From: Alphaproteobacteria bacterium
Lineage (GTDB): Bacteria > Pseudomonadota > Alphaproteobacteria > UBA2966
Direction: 5' to 3'
Length of the DNA: 64,000 nucleotides
NCBI GenBank assembly: GCA_964291395.2
Contig: OZ219856.1
Location: forward strand, 544,001 to 608,000
In this document: positions 48,523 through 57,859 of the stretch, piece after piece
Numbering within the stretch: position 1 is the stretch's first letter
How the letters are laid out: the number at the start of each line of letters is the position of its first letter
The notes under the pieces: model-generated
What the model was told of the DNA's origin: nothing
What the model saw: the letters and a program-made list of their open reading frames with translations, nothing else
Database searches by the model: none
Program-made: the position numbers and the translations under genes

Positions 48523-48978
48523 ATGTCGGAAGTCAAGGTGCTGGGAAGCAATCACACGAGCTTCACCGTATCCGATATCGAGCGGTCGATTTCGTACTTT
48601 ACCGAAGTTCTGGGATTTCGGGTGACGTCCCACGAACCGAGAGACCCCGCCATGATCCAGGCGCTCACCGGGATCGACGGGGCCGACATCGACGTCGCTT
48701 ATCTTCAGATGCCGGGACACGCGCTCGAACTCATCGAATACAAGGGCCCGGATGATCGCGGGAGAGTGGACTGCCGAGTGTGTGACGTCGGCGCCGCACA
48801 TATCGCCTTCGACGTCGAAGATCTTCAGGCAGTCGTCGATCTGAGCCTGCGGAACGGCGCCGAGTTGATGGGGGAGATACTGGAAATCACCGGTGGGCCC
48901 AACAAGGGCAAGCGGGTCGCCTACATACGTGATCCCGACGGCGTCACCATGGAGTTCATCCAGCGCGGCGCCGGATGA
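48523..48978 (+). CDS. VOC/glyoxalase family protein
   Basis: NHTSFTVSDIERSISYF, LELIEY, HIAFDVED, RDPDGVTMEF. Confidence 0.9.
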   Translation: MSEVKVLGSNHTSFTVSDIERSISYFTEVLGFRVTSHEPRDPAMIQALTGIDGADIDVAYLQMPGHALELIEYKGPDDRGRVDCRVCDVGAAHIAFDVEDLQAVVDLSLRNGAELMGEILEITGGPNKGKRVAYIRDPDGVTMEFIQRGAG

Positions 48979-49057
48979 CTCGTGAGATGGCGCGCCGGGC
49001 GCGGCCCGCGGTAGACGTGGAGTCCATCGGCAGCTCGCACCGAATCGGTCGCCTCGC

Positions 49058-50203
49058 TCACGCAGCCCTGCGGTAGTTCGTCACGGCGATTTGCCCTGGT
49101 TTGCGGTCCATGTGGATGGCGGCGAAATCCCCCTCGCACGGCGGGCCCGAGCAGAAGTGCAGAACCCGGTCCGTCAGGTCCATGATGATGCAGCCCAACG
49201 TCTCGATGCCTCGGCCTTCTCCGGCGTTCGGATTGGGGTGCCGGCAGATCGAGTCCGGATAGTTGAAATGATCGCTCATGGCGTGCGCGAGCACACCGAG
49301 ATCGATGCGGCCGTGCCGGCCGCTCAGAAGATCGTGGAGCCGGACATCGCGTAAGAGGGTGTCGGGGAAGATGTTGCGGCCGATGTCCTCGCGGTCCGCC
49401 CGTGTGACCTGGAAATGGTTGGCGTGGGTGATCAAGCCGTCCTTGGCGTGGATGATGTCGAGCCCGCCGGGCCATGCTTCCAGCGCGACGCCGGCACCGT
49501 CGACGTGGCCCATCATGTAGTTGGCGGCGAGCGAGCGTTCGGAGTTGAGAACGGCGCCGATGGCGTCGCTCAGGATCCGCGCGGTGAGGGCTTTGCGGCG
49601 GATGACGTGGACCGGCATGCCGAAACGCCGCTTGTCCGACAGCATGAAGTTGTTGCACAGGCCGATCCCGTCCTCATTCAGGCCGTGCTTGCCTACGAGG
49701 CCGGCCTCGGTGAGGGTCAGGATCCGGGGATCCCCCTCGCGCCGGATGTCGAGCACGACGGCGTTGGGCTTCATGGCCGGATTCCAGTCCCAGTTTTGGC
49801 CCACGTAGGTGTGGCCGTCGGCCGTTGCTTCGCCGAACACGACGAACGAGGTGCAGCCGTCGTCGAGTTGCGCCTTGAGGCCGTGGACGAGCTCGCTCCG
49901 CGCATTGATGGTCAGGACGGCTTCGAGGGGCGCGTCGGCGCCTTCGGCGATGCCCTTGATCTCTTCCATCGTGGCAGGGTCGAACTCTGCGATCACCGGC
50001 TCGAATTTCCGCGCCAGCTCGAAAATGTCGTCTCGCTCCAGTCCATGCAGAACGCGAAAGGACTCGAGGTAGGCCCTGAGCGATCCGTGGATGAGATCGG
50101 CCGCGGCGCGGCCGTACTGGACGCCGCACTCCCGCGGCGAGCCCTTCATCGCGATGACCGGAATCTCGTGACCGTTGGTGGCGAACGTCTCCAGGTTCGT
50201 CAT
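49058..50203 (-). CDS. C45 family autoproteolytic acyltransferase/hydrolase (Ntn hydrolase)
   Basis: EIKGIAEGA, INARSE, DG|CTS autocleavage site, GQNWDW, GLNEDG, HANHF. Confidence 0.88.
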   Translation of the reverse strand: MTNLETFATNGHEIPVIAMKGSPRECGVQYGRAAADLIHGSLRAYLESFRVLHGLERDDIFELARKFEPVIAEFDPATMEEIKGIAEGADAPLEAVLTINARSELVHGLKAQLDDGCTSFVVFGEATADGHTYVGQNWDWNPAMKPNAVVLDIRREGDPRILTLTEAGLVGKHGLNEDGIGLCNNFMLSDKRRFGMPVHVIRRKALTARILSDAIGAVLNSERSLAANYMMGHVDGAGVALEAWPGGLDIIHAKDGLITHANHFQVTRADREDIGRNIFPDTLLRDVRLHDLLSGRHGRIDLGVLAHAMSDHFNYPDSICRHPNPNAGEGRGIETLGCIIMDLTDRVLHFCSGPPCEGDFAAIHMDRKPGQIAVTNYRRAA

Positions 50204-50428
50204 CGTGTCCTCCCGAGCGGATTCATGGCGAACTCTATCAGAAATCGCCGGTCGCGACGCCTGTTCGGATCGGGGAGGGCATACCGTGTTTTTTCGGCGG
50301 CTTGTGTGGAATGACGACACGGCGGAACGCCTCGCCCGGTATCGTGCGAATTGGGCGGTACGCCGCGGCAAGGATCCGCGTCCCGGCGAATGCGAGTCCC
50401 GTCCGGTTTCGTCGGGGGTGTTCGCCGC

Positions 50429-51616
50429 CTAAGCCAGGGCCGACTTCAACGGGTCCACGAGATCGAGACGCTCCCAGGAAAATCCGCCGTCGGGCTCGGG
50501 CGCGCGGCCGAAGTGGCCATAAGCGGCCGTACGCTCGTAGATCGGCTTGTCGAGCTCGAGTCGTTCGCGAATACCTCTCGGGCTGAGGTCCATGACGTCC
50601 GCCAGCGCCTTCTCCAGCCTTTTCTGGTCGACTTTGCCGGTGTCGTAGAGATCCACGTAGACGGCGAGGGGCCGCGCGACGCCGATGGCGTAGGCGACCT
50701 GGATGCCGCAGCGGTCCGCGAGTCCGGCGCCCACGACATTCTTGGCCAGATACCGGGCGGCGTAGGCGCCCGACCGGTCGACCTTGCTGGGATCCTTGCC
50801 CGAAAACGCGCCGCCGCCGTGGAGGGCCGCGCCGCCATACGTGTCGACGATGATCTTGCGTCCGGTCAGGCCGCAATCGCCGTCGGGTCCGCCGATGACG
50901 AACCGGCCCGTCGGATTGACGTAGAACCGGTCCTCTTCGCACATCCAGCCGTCGGGCAGCGTGTCCAGGACATAGGGGCGGACGATGTCCCGAACTTCGT
51001 CCTGATCGATGTCGTCGCTGTGCTGGGTGGAGACGACCACGCACGTCGCCCGCACGGGCATACCGTTCTCGTATTGCAACGTGATTTGGCTCTTGGAATC
51101 GGGGCCCAGCTTGGGTTCTTTGCCCGCGTGCCGCGCGGCGGCCATGGCGCGCAGGATGTTATGGGAGTAGTAGATTGGCGCGGGCATCAATTCGTCGGTC
51201 TCGCGGCAAGCGTAACCGAACATCATTCCCTGATCGCCCGCGCCTTCGTCTTTGTTGCCGCGGGCATCGACGCCCTGCGCGATATCGGTCGACTGCTCGT
51301 GGATGAAATTGCGGATGTCCGCCTTCTCCCAGTGGAAGCCATCCTGTTCATAGCCGATTTCGCGGACACAGTTGCGGGCCAGTTCGACCATGCGGTCCTT
51401 GGTCACCGAGGCGGGGCCGCGTACCTCGCCGGCCATGACGATCTGGTTCGTGGTGGCCATGGTTTCGACGCCACAACGGCTGTCCGGATCCTCGGCCATG
51501 AAGGCGTCGACGATGGCATCCGAGATCCGATCGCAGACCTTGTCGGGATGTCCTTCCGAGACGGACTCGCTCGTGAACAGGTAGGTTGCATGTGTCAATT
51601 GTGGCTCCTCCGGCAC
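50429..51616 (-). CDS. metK: S-adenosylmethionine synthetase
   Basis: [57 protein letters not shown]. Confidence 0.97.
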   Translation of the reverse strand: MPEEPQLTHATYLFTSESVSEGHPDKVCDRISDAIVDAFMAEDPDSRCGVETMATTNQIVMAGEVRGPASVTKDRMVELARNCVREIGYEQDGFHWEKADIRNFIHEQSTDIAQGVDARGNKDEGAGDQGMMFGYACRETDELMPAPIYYSHNILRAMAAARHAGKEPKLGPDSKSQITLQYENGMPVRATCVVVSTQHSDDIDQDEVRDIVRPYVLDTLPDGWMCEEDRFYVNPTGRFVIGGPDGDCGLTGRKIIVDTYGGAALHGGGAFSGKDPSKVDRSGAYAARYLAKNVVGAGLADRCGIQVAYAIGVARPLAVYVDLYDTGKVDQKRLEKALADVMDLSPRGIRERLELDKPIYERTAAYGHFGRAPEPDGGFSWERLDLVDPLKSALA

Positions 51617-51667
51617 GGCCCGGAGCCTCTGTTCCCGGACCGGACAGGCTTGTTCGCGCTTTTCGCC

Positions 51668-52660
51668 TCACATGGTCAGAATGATTTTTCCGATGTGCGT
51701 CCCTTCGTCGATCCGCTCGTGGGCCTTGGCGGCGTCCGCAAGGGGGAAGGTCGAGTCGACGACGGGCTTGATCCGGCCGTTCTCGACCAGCGGCCAGACC
51801 TTTTCCTTCAACGAGTTCGCGATGTCCGCCTTCGCCTCGATGCTCTGGGACCTGAGCGTCGAGCCCAGAATGGACAGGCGCTTGAGCATCGTCGACATCA
51901 GATTGAGCTCGACCTTGTGACCGCCGAGAAAGGCAATGTGCACCAGTCGTCCCTCGGGCCGCAGCAGCGAAATGTTCTTCTGGACGTAGTCTCCCGCCAC
52001 CATGTCGAGAATGACGTCCATGCCGCCGGTCGGTTCCTTGAGCGCCTCGAGGAAGTCCTCCTCGCGGTAGTTGACGGCCCGTTCGGCACCGAGTTCCATG
52101 CAGGCGTCGCATTTCTCCTTGGATCCGGCGGTCGCGAAAACACGGGCCCCGAGCTGGCTCGCCATCTGGATGGCCGTAGTCCCGATGCCCGAGGATCCGC
52201 CATGCACGAGCAGTTTCTCGCCCGCCCGAAGGCCCGCCCGGTCGAAGACGTTTGTCCATACCGTAAAGAACGTTTCCGGCACCCCGCCGGCATGCTCCAG
52301 GCTGACCCCCTTCGGCACGGGCAGGACTTGAGGTGCGGGCGCCGGACAATATTCGGCATAGCCGCCGCCGGTCACCAGCGCACAGACCTCGTCGCCTTCC
52401 TGCCATTCGGAAACGCCGGTTCCAACCTTGACCACGGTCCCGGCGATCTCCAGTCCGGGGATGTCCGAGGCTCCCGGCGGCGGCGGATAGCTGCCTTGGC
52501 GCTGCATTACGTCCGGGCGGTTGACTCCCGCGGAGGCCACTTTCACCAGGACTTCCCCATGCGCCGGTTCGGGTACGGGCCGGGCGCCGGGCGTCAGGGC
52601 GTCGGGACCTCCCGGCTCGGGGACTTCAATACAATTCATGGTCTCCGGAATCGTGGCCAT
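51668..52660 (-). CDS. NAD(P)H-quinone oxidoreductase, PIG3 family
   Basis: AGVNRPDVMQRQGSYPPP, PETFFTVWTN, HGGSSGIGT, GSTLR, HIGKI. Confidence 0.92.
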   Translation of the reverse strand: MATIPETMNCIEVPEPGGPDALTPGARPVPEPAHGEVLVKVASAGVNRPDVMQRQGSYPPPPGASDIPGLEIAGTVVKVGTGVSEWQEGDEVCALVTGGGYAEYCPAPAPQVLPVPKGVSLEHAGGVPETFFTVWTNVFDRAGLRAGEKLLVHGGSSGIGTTAIQMASQLGARVFATAGSKEKCDACMELGAERAVNYREEDFLEALKEPTGGMDVILDMVAGDYVQKNISLLRPEGRLVHIAFLGGHKVELNLMSTMLKRLSILGSTLRSQSIEAKADIANSLKEKVWPLVENGRIKPVVDSTFPLADAAKAHERIDEGTHIGKIILTM

Positions 52661-52862
52661 TGGACTGTCTCGTCTGAGGGGATTCGGCGGGTGGGATGCG
52701 GCTGTTTACCCCGAAACCCGGCTTGGTGCAAACGGCGTCCATTCTCGGCGCCGCAGCGCCCGGGGCCCGCGTTGCGGCTCTCCGGTCCGGCACCTACCAT
52801 GACGCGATCCTCGCCCGTTTGAAGCGCAGCCGCGTTGGTTACCGCACGACAGGGGAAGCCCG

Positions 52863-53729
52863 ATGTCCAATCCCAGAATTCCGTTCCAGCTCTCCGCGAA
52901 CCGCCCCGAGCTGCCTCCCCCGAACGGCAAACCGACGATCGTTCAGATCACCGTCGCTGTGGAGTATTGGCCGTTCGACGAACCGGTGCCGCGCAAGATC
53001 GTCTCCGGGACACACGGTCAGGACCATCTCCCCGACGTCGCGAACTATTCCTGGAAGGAGTACGGACTGCGATGCGGATTTCCGCGCATCCTGAAGGTTC
53101 TGCAGGACAGGGGCATTCGGGCCAACGCCTGTATGAGTGCCGGGATCATCGATCTCTACCCGGAAGTGGCCGAGGCGTGCCTGGAGGCCGGGTGGGAGTT
53201 CCAGGGACATTGCATCCGTCAGAAGGGTCTGACCGCGGAGGACGAGGCCGAGGTCATCGCCGAATCCCGTGATCGGATCGAAGCGTTCGCGGGTGCTCCG
53301 CCGCGGGGTTGGATCGGCCCCGGGTTTCGCGAGACGTTCGATACCCCGGACATCCTGAAGGCCGCCGGATACGACTACGTATCGGAATGGATGCTCGACG
53401 ACTTGCCATGCTGGATGGAGACGCGACATGGTCCCTTGGTGGCCGTGCCCTATACCGTCGATCTCAACGACAGCATGATCTATGTCGTCGATCGTCATTC
53501 GTCTTCCGAACAATACGACCGGCTGATGCACAGTCTGGACGCGATCGACGCCGGGCTCGACGCCGGCCCGCGCGTCATCACGCTGCCGTTTCACGAACAC
53601 ATCATGGGCGTGCTTCACCGCATCGGTTTCGTGGCGAAAATGCTCGACGCGCTTCTCGTCCGCGACGACGTGATATTCATGACCGGCGGGGAAATCTGCG
53701 ATTGGTTTACCGAAGCGCAGGCGGCGTGA
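52863..53729 (+). CDS. Polysaccharide deacetylase family protein (PuuE/allantoinase-like)
   Basis: NYSWKEYGLRCG, GWEFQGH, PRGWIGPG, DDLP, VPYTVDLND, PFHEHIMG. Confidence 0.85.
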   Translation: MSNPRIPFQLSANRPELPPPNGKPTIVQITVAVEYWPFDEPVPRKIVSGTHGQDHLPDVANYSWKEYGLRCGFPRILKVLQDRGIRANACMSAGIIDLYPEVAEACLEAGWEFQGHCIRQKGLTAEDEAEVIAESRDRIEAFAGAPPRGWIGPGFRETFDTPDILKAAGYDYVSEWMLDDLPCWMETRHGPLVAVPYTVDLNDSMIYVVDRHSSSEQYDRLMHSLDAIDAGLDAGPRVITLPFHEHIMGVLHRIGFVAKMLDALLVRDDVIFMTGGEICDWFTEAQAA

Positions 53730-53758
53730 ACGTGGTGGAGTCGGAACAGGGGAGAGGC

Positions 53759-53953
53759 ATGAGGATCGACGGTAAGCTCATTCGGGAGGAGGCCCGACAA
53801 AAGCACGGTATTGATCTCGACACCGATCGGGCGGACGAACTCGCCCGGGAAGTCGACCGCCTCAACACGGCCACGGCGGAGGCGGCCAAGTCGATCGACC
53901 TCAACGACGATCCGACCGTGTTTACCGCGGTGCTTCGCAGACTGCGGCGGTAG
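53759..53953 (+). CDS. Small helical protein preceding the amidases (AtzG/GatC-like accessory subunit candidate)
   Basis: 64-aa ORF with GGAG RBS (MRIDGKLIREEARQKHGIDLDTDRADELA...DDPTVF), packed between the deacetylase and amidase genes. Confidence 0.65.
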   Translation: MRIDGKLIREEARQKHGIDLDTDRADELAREVDRLNTATAEAAKSIDLNDDPTVFTAVLRRLRR

Positions 53954-53965
53954 AGGAGTCACATT

Positions 53966-55396
53966 GTGACCGACGACATCACCGGGATGTCGCTCAACGA
54001 CGTGTCTGCGGCGCTTCGGCGAGGCGCGGTCTCTTCAACGGAAGTGACTCGGGCTTGCCTCGCGCGGATCGAGAGCCAACAGCCGCGTATCAATTGTTTC
54101 GCATCGATCGATGCCGACGGCGCCCTATCCGCCGCTGCCCGCGCCGATGAGGAGATTGCGGCCGGCGGGTGGCGGGGCCCGCTGCACGGCGTGCCGCTCG
54201 CCCACAAGGACATGTTCTATCGGGCGGGCGAGGTCAGCGGCTTCGGCTCCAAGATCTGCCGGGGCTACGTGGCCGACGACACGTCCGCAGTCATGGCGCG
54301 CGTCGACGGGGGCGGAGCGATAGACCTGGGGCCCCTCCACATGACGGAGTTCGCCGTAGGCCATACGGGCGCTCACGAGCACCTTGGCACCTGTCGTAAC
54401 CCTTGGAACACGGAACACATCCCGGGCGGATCGTCCAGTGGTTCCGGCGCGTCGGTCGCGTCGAGGTTGGTCTACGGATCGGTGGCCTCGGATACGGGCG
54501 GTTCGTGCCGCCTTCCGGCCGCCATGTGCGGTGTCGTCGGCATCAAGCCCACTTTCGGCTTGGTGAGCCGTCACGGGGGCATGCCGCGCGCTTGGTCCCT
54601 TGATGTGTTCGGCGTTTATGCAAGGAGCGCGGACGACGCCGCGACATTGCTCGACGTCATTTCCGGCGGGGACGAACGGGATCCGACGACGCTCGATGCG
54701 CCCCGGTTCAAGAACGATGGAGGCTCGGCACCGGATGTCCGCGGACTCAGGATCGGGGTGCCGGTCGGAGAAGCGATATTCGAGGCCGAGCCGCCCCTGA
54801 AGCCCGCGTTGAAAGCGGCGCTGGAGCAGTTCGAGTCCTTGGGCTGCGAAATCGTGGAGGTCACGTTGCCCGATTTGCAGACGATCGGAGCGTTGTCCGG
54901 TACGATTCTGCTCGCCGAAGCGGCGGCCATCCATGATCAATGGACACGCGAGATTCCGGATCAGTACGCGGAGGCCGTGGTGTGGCGGTTGCAGCAGGGA
55001 CGTCATATCCCGGCGACGCGCTACCTGCAGGCGCTTCGGTTGCGGCCCAGGATCACGGAGTCATTCGTATCCGAGGTCTTCGCGACCGTCGACGCCGTCT
55101 TCACGCCAACCATCACGATGCCGGTTCCGGACTTCAGCAGTGCCCAGGCCTTCACCTCCGCCGAAGCGCCTTCGGCCATATTCGAGACCACGAAGTGCAC
55201 CGTATGGGCGAACTATCTGGGCCTGCCGGCGATCTCGATCCCCTGTGGGTTCACGGACGGCAATCTGCCCGTCGGCTGTCAACTGGCGGCGCGTCCGTTC
55301 GATGAGAGCACGCTTCTCGCGTTGGGACGTGCCTACCAGGCCTGCACCGGCTGGCACATAGAGCGCCCGCCCGACTCCGACGAGGCGGCGGCGTGA
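53966..55396 (+). CDS. Amidase signature family protein (GatA/AtzE-like), copy 1
   Basis: GPLHGVPLAHKD, GGSSSGS, SDTGGSCR (Lys-Ser-Ser triad). Confidence 0.92.
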   Translation: MTDDITGMSLNDVSAALRRGAVSSTEVTRACLARIESQQPRINCFASIDADGALSAAARADEEIAAGGWRGPLHGVPLAHKDMFYRAGEVSGFGSKICRGYVADDTSAVMARVDGGGAIDLGPLHMTEFAVGHTGAHEHLGTCRNPWNTEHIPGGSSSGSGASVASRLVYGSVASDTGGSCRLPAAMCGVVGIKPTFGLVSRHGGMPRAWSLDVFGVYARSADDAATLLDVISGGDERDPTTLDAPRFKNDGGSAPDVRGLRIGVPVGEAIFEAEPPLKPALKAALEQFESLGCEIVEVTLPDLQTIGALSGTILLAEAAAIHDQWTREIPDQYAEAVVWRLQQGRHIPATRYLQALRLRPRITESFVSEVFATVDAVFTPTITMPVPDFSSAQAFTSAEAPSAIFETTKCTVWANYLGLPAISIPCGFTDGNLPVGCQLAARPFDESTLLALGRAYQACTGWHIERPPDSDEAAA

Positions 55397-56805
55397 GCCA
55401 CGCGCTGACCGATATGACGTTGGCCGAGGCATCCCAAGCGCTGCGCAGGCGCAGAGTGTCGTCCGTGGAGCTCGTCGGGGCGTGCCTGGCGCGCGCCGAA
55501 CGGGTTCAGTCGCTGCTCAATTGCTTCATCTCGATCGAGTCCGGGGAGGCCGTGGCCGCCGCCGAACGGGCGGATGCCGCGATCGCGCGGGGCGACTGGC
55601 GCGGTCCGCTGCACGGCATTCCGCTGGCCCACAAGGACATGTTCTACCGCGCCGGCAGGGTCGGCACTTTCGGCTCCAAGATTCTCCGAGACTATGCCCC
55701 GGATTACACCTCGACGGTCATGACGCGGTTGGCGGAGACCGGCGCCGTTTACCTCGGCAGCCTCAACATGGCGGAGTTTGCCACGGGGCCGGTGGGCCAG
55801 AACGATCACTTCGGCCAGACCCGCAATCCGTGGAACACCGACCACATTTCGGGAGGATCGTCGAGCGGATCGGGCGCGGCCCTCGCCGCCCGGGCGTGCT
55901 TCGGGTCGCTGGGCTCGGACACCGGTGGATCCTGCCGACTGCCGGCCGGCATGTGCGGTGTGGTGGGTTTGAAGCCCACCTACGGCCTGGTCAGCCGTCA
56001 CGGCGGGCTGGCGCGCTGTTGGAGTCTCGACTGCTTCGGTCCGTTGGCGCGAACCGCCCGCGATGTCGCCATGATCCTGCAGGTGATCGCGGGCCACGAC
56101 GAAAATGATCCGACGACCACGCGAGACGACGTTCCCGACTACCTTGCCGGGCTCGAAGGCGACCTGGACGGATTGAGAGTCGGGGTTCCCGGCAATCACC
56201 TCTACCCGGACGTAGACCTTGAGCTGAAGCCGATGCTGGAGGCGGCGCTGTCGGCACTTGAGGATCTCGGCTGCGAGCTGGTCGAGCTCGAGATGCCCGA
56301 CCCGGAACGGATCCACACGCTCGCCAATGTTATCAACAAGTCCGAGGCCGCAGCATTGCACGACGAGTGGATCCGCACGCGCCCGCAGGACTACTCGATC
56401 TCGGTCCGCTCCCGTCTGGAGGCGGGGTACTTCCTGCCGGCGACTCGGTACATCCAGGCTCAGCGGCTGAGACCGAGGGTGTTGTCCGCGTTCGATGAGG
56501 CGGTGTTCGCCCGTGCCGATGTTCTGTTCACGCCGGTCACGTCGATTCCCGTGCCACGGATCGAAGACGCCGGCATCAGCCGTTCCGCAGACGCGCCTCG
56601 CATCGTCGATGCGATTACCCGGTGTACGCGCTGGGTCAGCTATCTCGGGCTTCCGGCCCTCTCGGTCCCGTGCGGATTTACAGAGAAGGGACTTCCCGTT
56701 GGTTTTCAGGTCGTCGGCAAGCCTTTCGACGAATCCCTGTTGCTGAAAATCGCGAATTCGTACCAGTCGGGAACCGACTGGCATACCCGAACGCCGCCGC
56801 TTTAG
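55393..56805 (+). CDS. Amidase signature family protein (GatA/AtzE-like), copy 2
   Basis: GPLHGIPLAHKD, GGSSSGS, SDTGGSCR; GTGA overlap with copy 1. Confidence 0.92.
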   Translation: MSHALTDMTLAEASQALRRRRVSSVELVGACLARAERVQSLLNCFISIESGEAVAAAERADAAIARGDWRGPLHGIPLAHKDMFYRAGRVGTFGSKILRDYAPDYTSTVMTRLAETGAVYLGSLNMAEFATGPVGQNDHFGQTRNPWNTDHISGGSSSGSGAALAARACFGSLGSDTGGSCRLPAGMCGVVGLKPTYGLVSRHGGLARCWSLDCFGPLARTARDVAMILQVIAGHDENDPTTTRDDVPDYLAGLEGDLDGLRVGVPGNHLYPDVDLELKPMLEAALSALEDLGCELVELEMPDPERIHTLANVINKSEAAALHDEWIRTRPQDYSISVRSRLEAGYFLPATRYIQAQRLRPRVLSAFDEAVFARADVLFTPVTSIPVPRIEDAGISRSADAPRIVDAITRCTRWVSYLGLPALSVPCGFTEKGLPVGFQVVGKPFDESLLLKIANSYQSGTDWHTRTPPL

Positions 56806-56868
56806 CCCCTCGCTCTCCGGCGTAGCCGGGCAGGAGGAGCACCGGGCGTCATTCGCCGTTTTCGACGG

Positions 56869-57447
56869 CTATTTTTCGAGCATCTCCACATTCAAGCGGA
56901 TAGAGATGGCGCCGATATTGTACTTGCCGCCGGAATGGGGGACCGGGAGGCTCAATCGGCTTTGAAGTTCTCCGCTGGAGTTGTCATTTTCCAGATCGCC
57001 GATGAGAATTGATTTCGGACCTTTGCGATAGGTCTTTTCCCAGATGTCCTTCCGGCCGTGCCAGTAGTCCTCGGTCACGTCGCTCAAGCCCGCGCTGATG
57101 CCCCGTTCATCTATGACGATGATCTCCGCGTAGAGGCCTTGGCTTTCTTCCTTCTTCTTCTTGAGAAAGGCGGAGAGGCGGTTGCCCATCACCTCCGAAA
57201 TGATGGGCTGGGCCTCCCTTTCGAGCTCCTTCTTCCACTTCCTGTCCATCACCATGAGGGATCGGGTGTGTTCACCCGCGTGTTTGTCGTTCTGCACCTT
57301 CAACGTCGACTGGATGACGTCGGCCGTGAGCCAGGCTTTGACGGTTTCGGCATGCGCTTTGATGGCATGGGCGTATTCGTTCGCGGCTGCGGGGGATGCA
57401 TAAACGGCCAGCCAAACGGCGACCGCCAGGTATTGGGTGAAGCGCAT
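56869..57447 (-). CDS. Secreted protein, stand-alone PDC/Cache-like domain
   Basis: GGGAGG RBS, signal peptide (ASPAAA), EIIVIDERG...DVTEDYW...IGAI. Confidence 0.7.
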   Translation of the reverse strand: MRFTQYLAVAVWLAVYASPAAANEYAHAIKAHAETVKAWLTADVIQSTLKVQNDKHAGEHTRSLMVMDRKWKKELEREAQPIISEVMGNRLSAFLKKKKEESQGLYAEIIVIDERGISAGLSDVTEDYWHGRKDIWEKTYRKGPKSILIGDLENDNSSGELQSRLSLPVPHSGGKYNIGAISIRLNVEMLEK

Positions 57448-57646
57448 CTCGGACGACCTCCCTGTGTTCACCCGGTTCTTGCGACCGGTTGATTGGCTAG
57501 GTTCCGGAGCATGGCACCAGGTAACCGACATTTCACCACGCATGCACCGGGGAATCCAAGATGATCTGGAATATTCCGGCAATTCCCGTTTGGGTTTTTG
57601 GGGGGTAGGCATCGGACCCGTCGCCCGGCCGAAGAAAACGACACAT

Positions 57647-57738
57647 CCCCCTCCCGGCTTCCTCCCTTCAATGGGGGAGGAGCGCGAACAGGCGTCGGAC
57701 GGTCTACAACGATCTCCTTCTCCCTCGGAAGGGGGGAG
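57647..57738. repeat. Pair of CCCT/GGGA-rich palindromes resembling small intergenic REP-like elements
   Basis: TCCTCCC-ttcaatgg-GGGAGGA and TCTCCCT-cgga-AGGGGGGA hairpins in the intergenic region. Confidence 0.35.
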
Positions 57739-57859
57739 TGGACCCCGGTCCCTCCTCGACGAAACCCCTTGTGCCGTATTGAGCATGTCCTTGGCGCAGG
57801 GAAAGCTCCGGGACGCCCAACGGGTGTTGTCTCACCCACGAGGGTGCTGCCTTGATATC

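Noticed and set aside
7400-50203. Beta-lactam biosynthetic cluster (CmcJ-like, C45 acyltransferase, TauD/CAS-like genes)
   Set aside because: The genes are scattered and belong to broad families; no ACV synthetase, IPNS or beta-lactam synthetase is present.
50351-52822. 823-aa plus-strand ORF
   Set aside because: Antisense shadow of metK and the quinone oxidoreductase.
53966-56805. gatCAB tRNA-dependent amidotransferase
   Set aside because: No gatB; duplicated amidases in a catabolic context.
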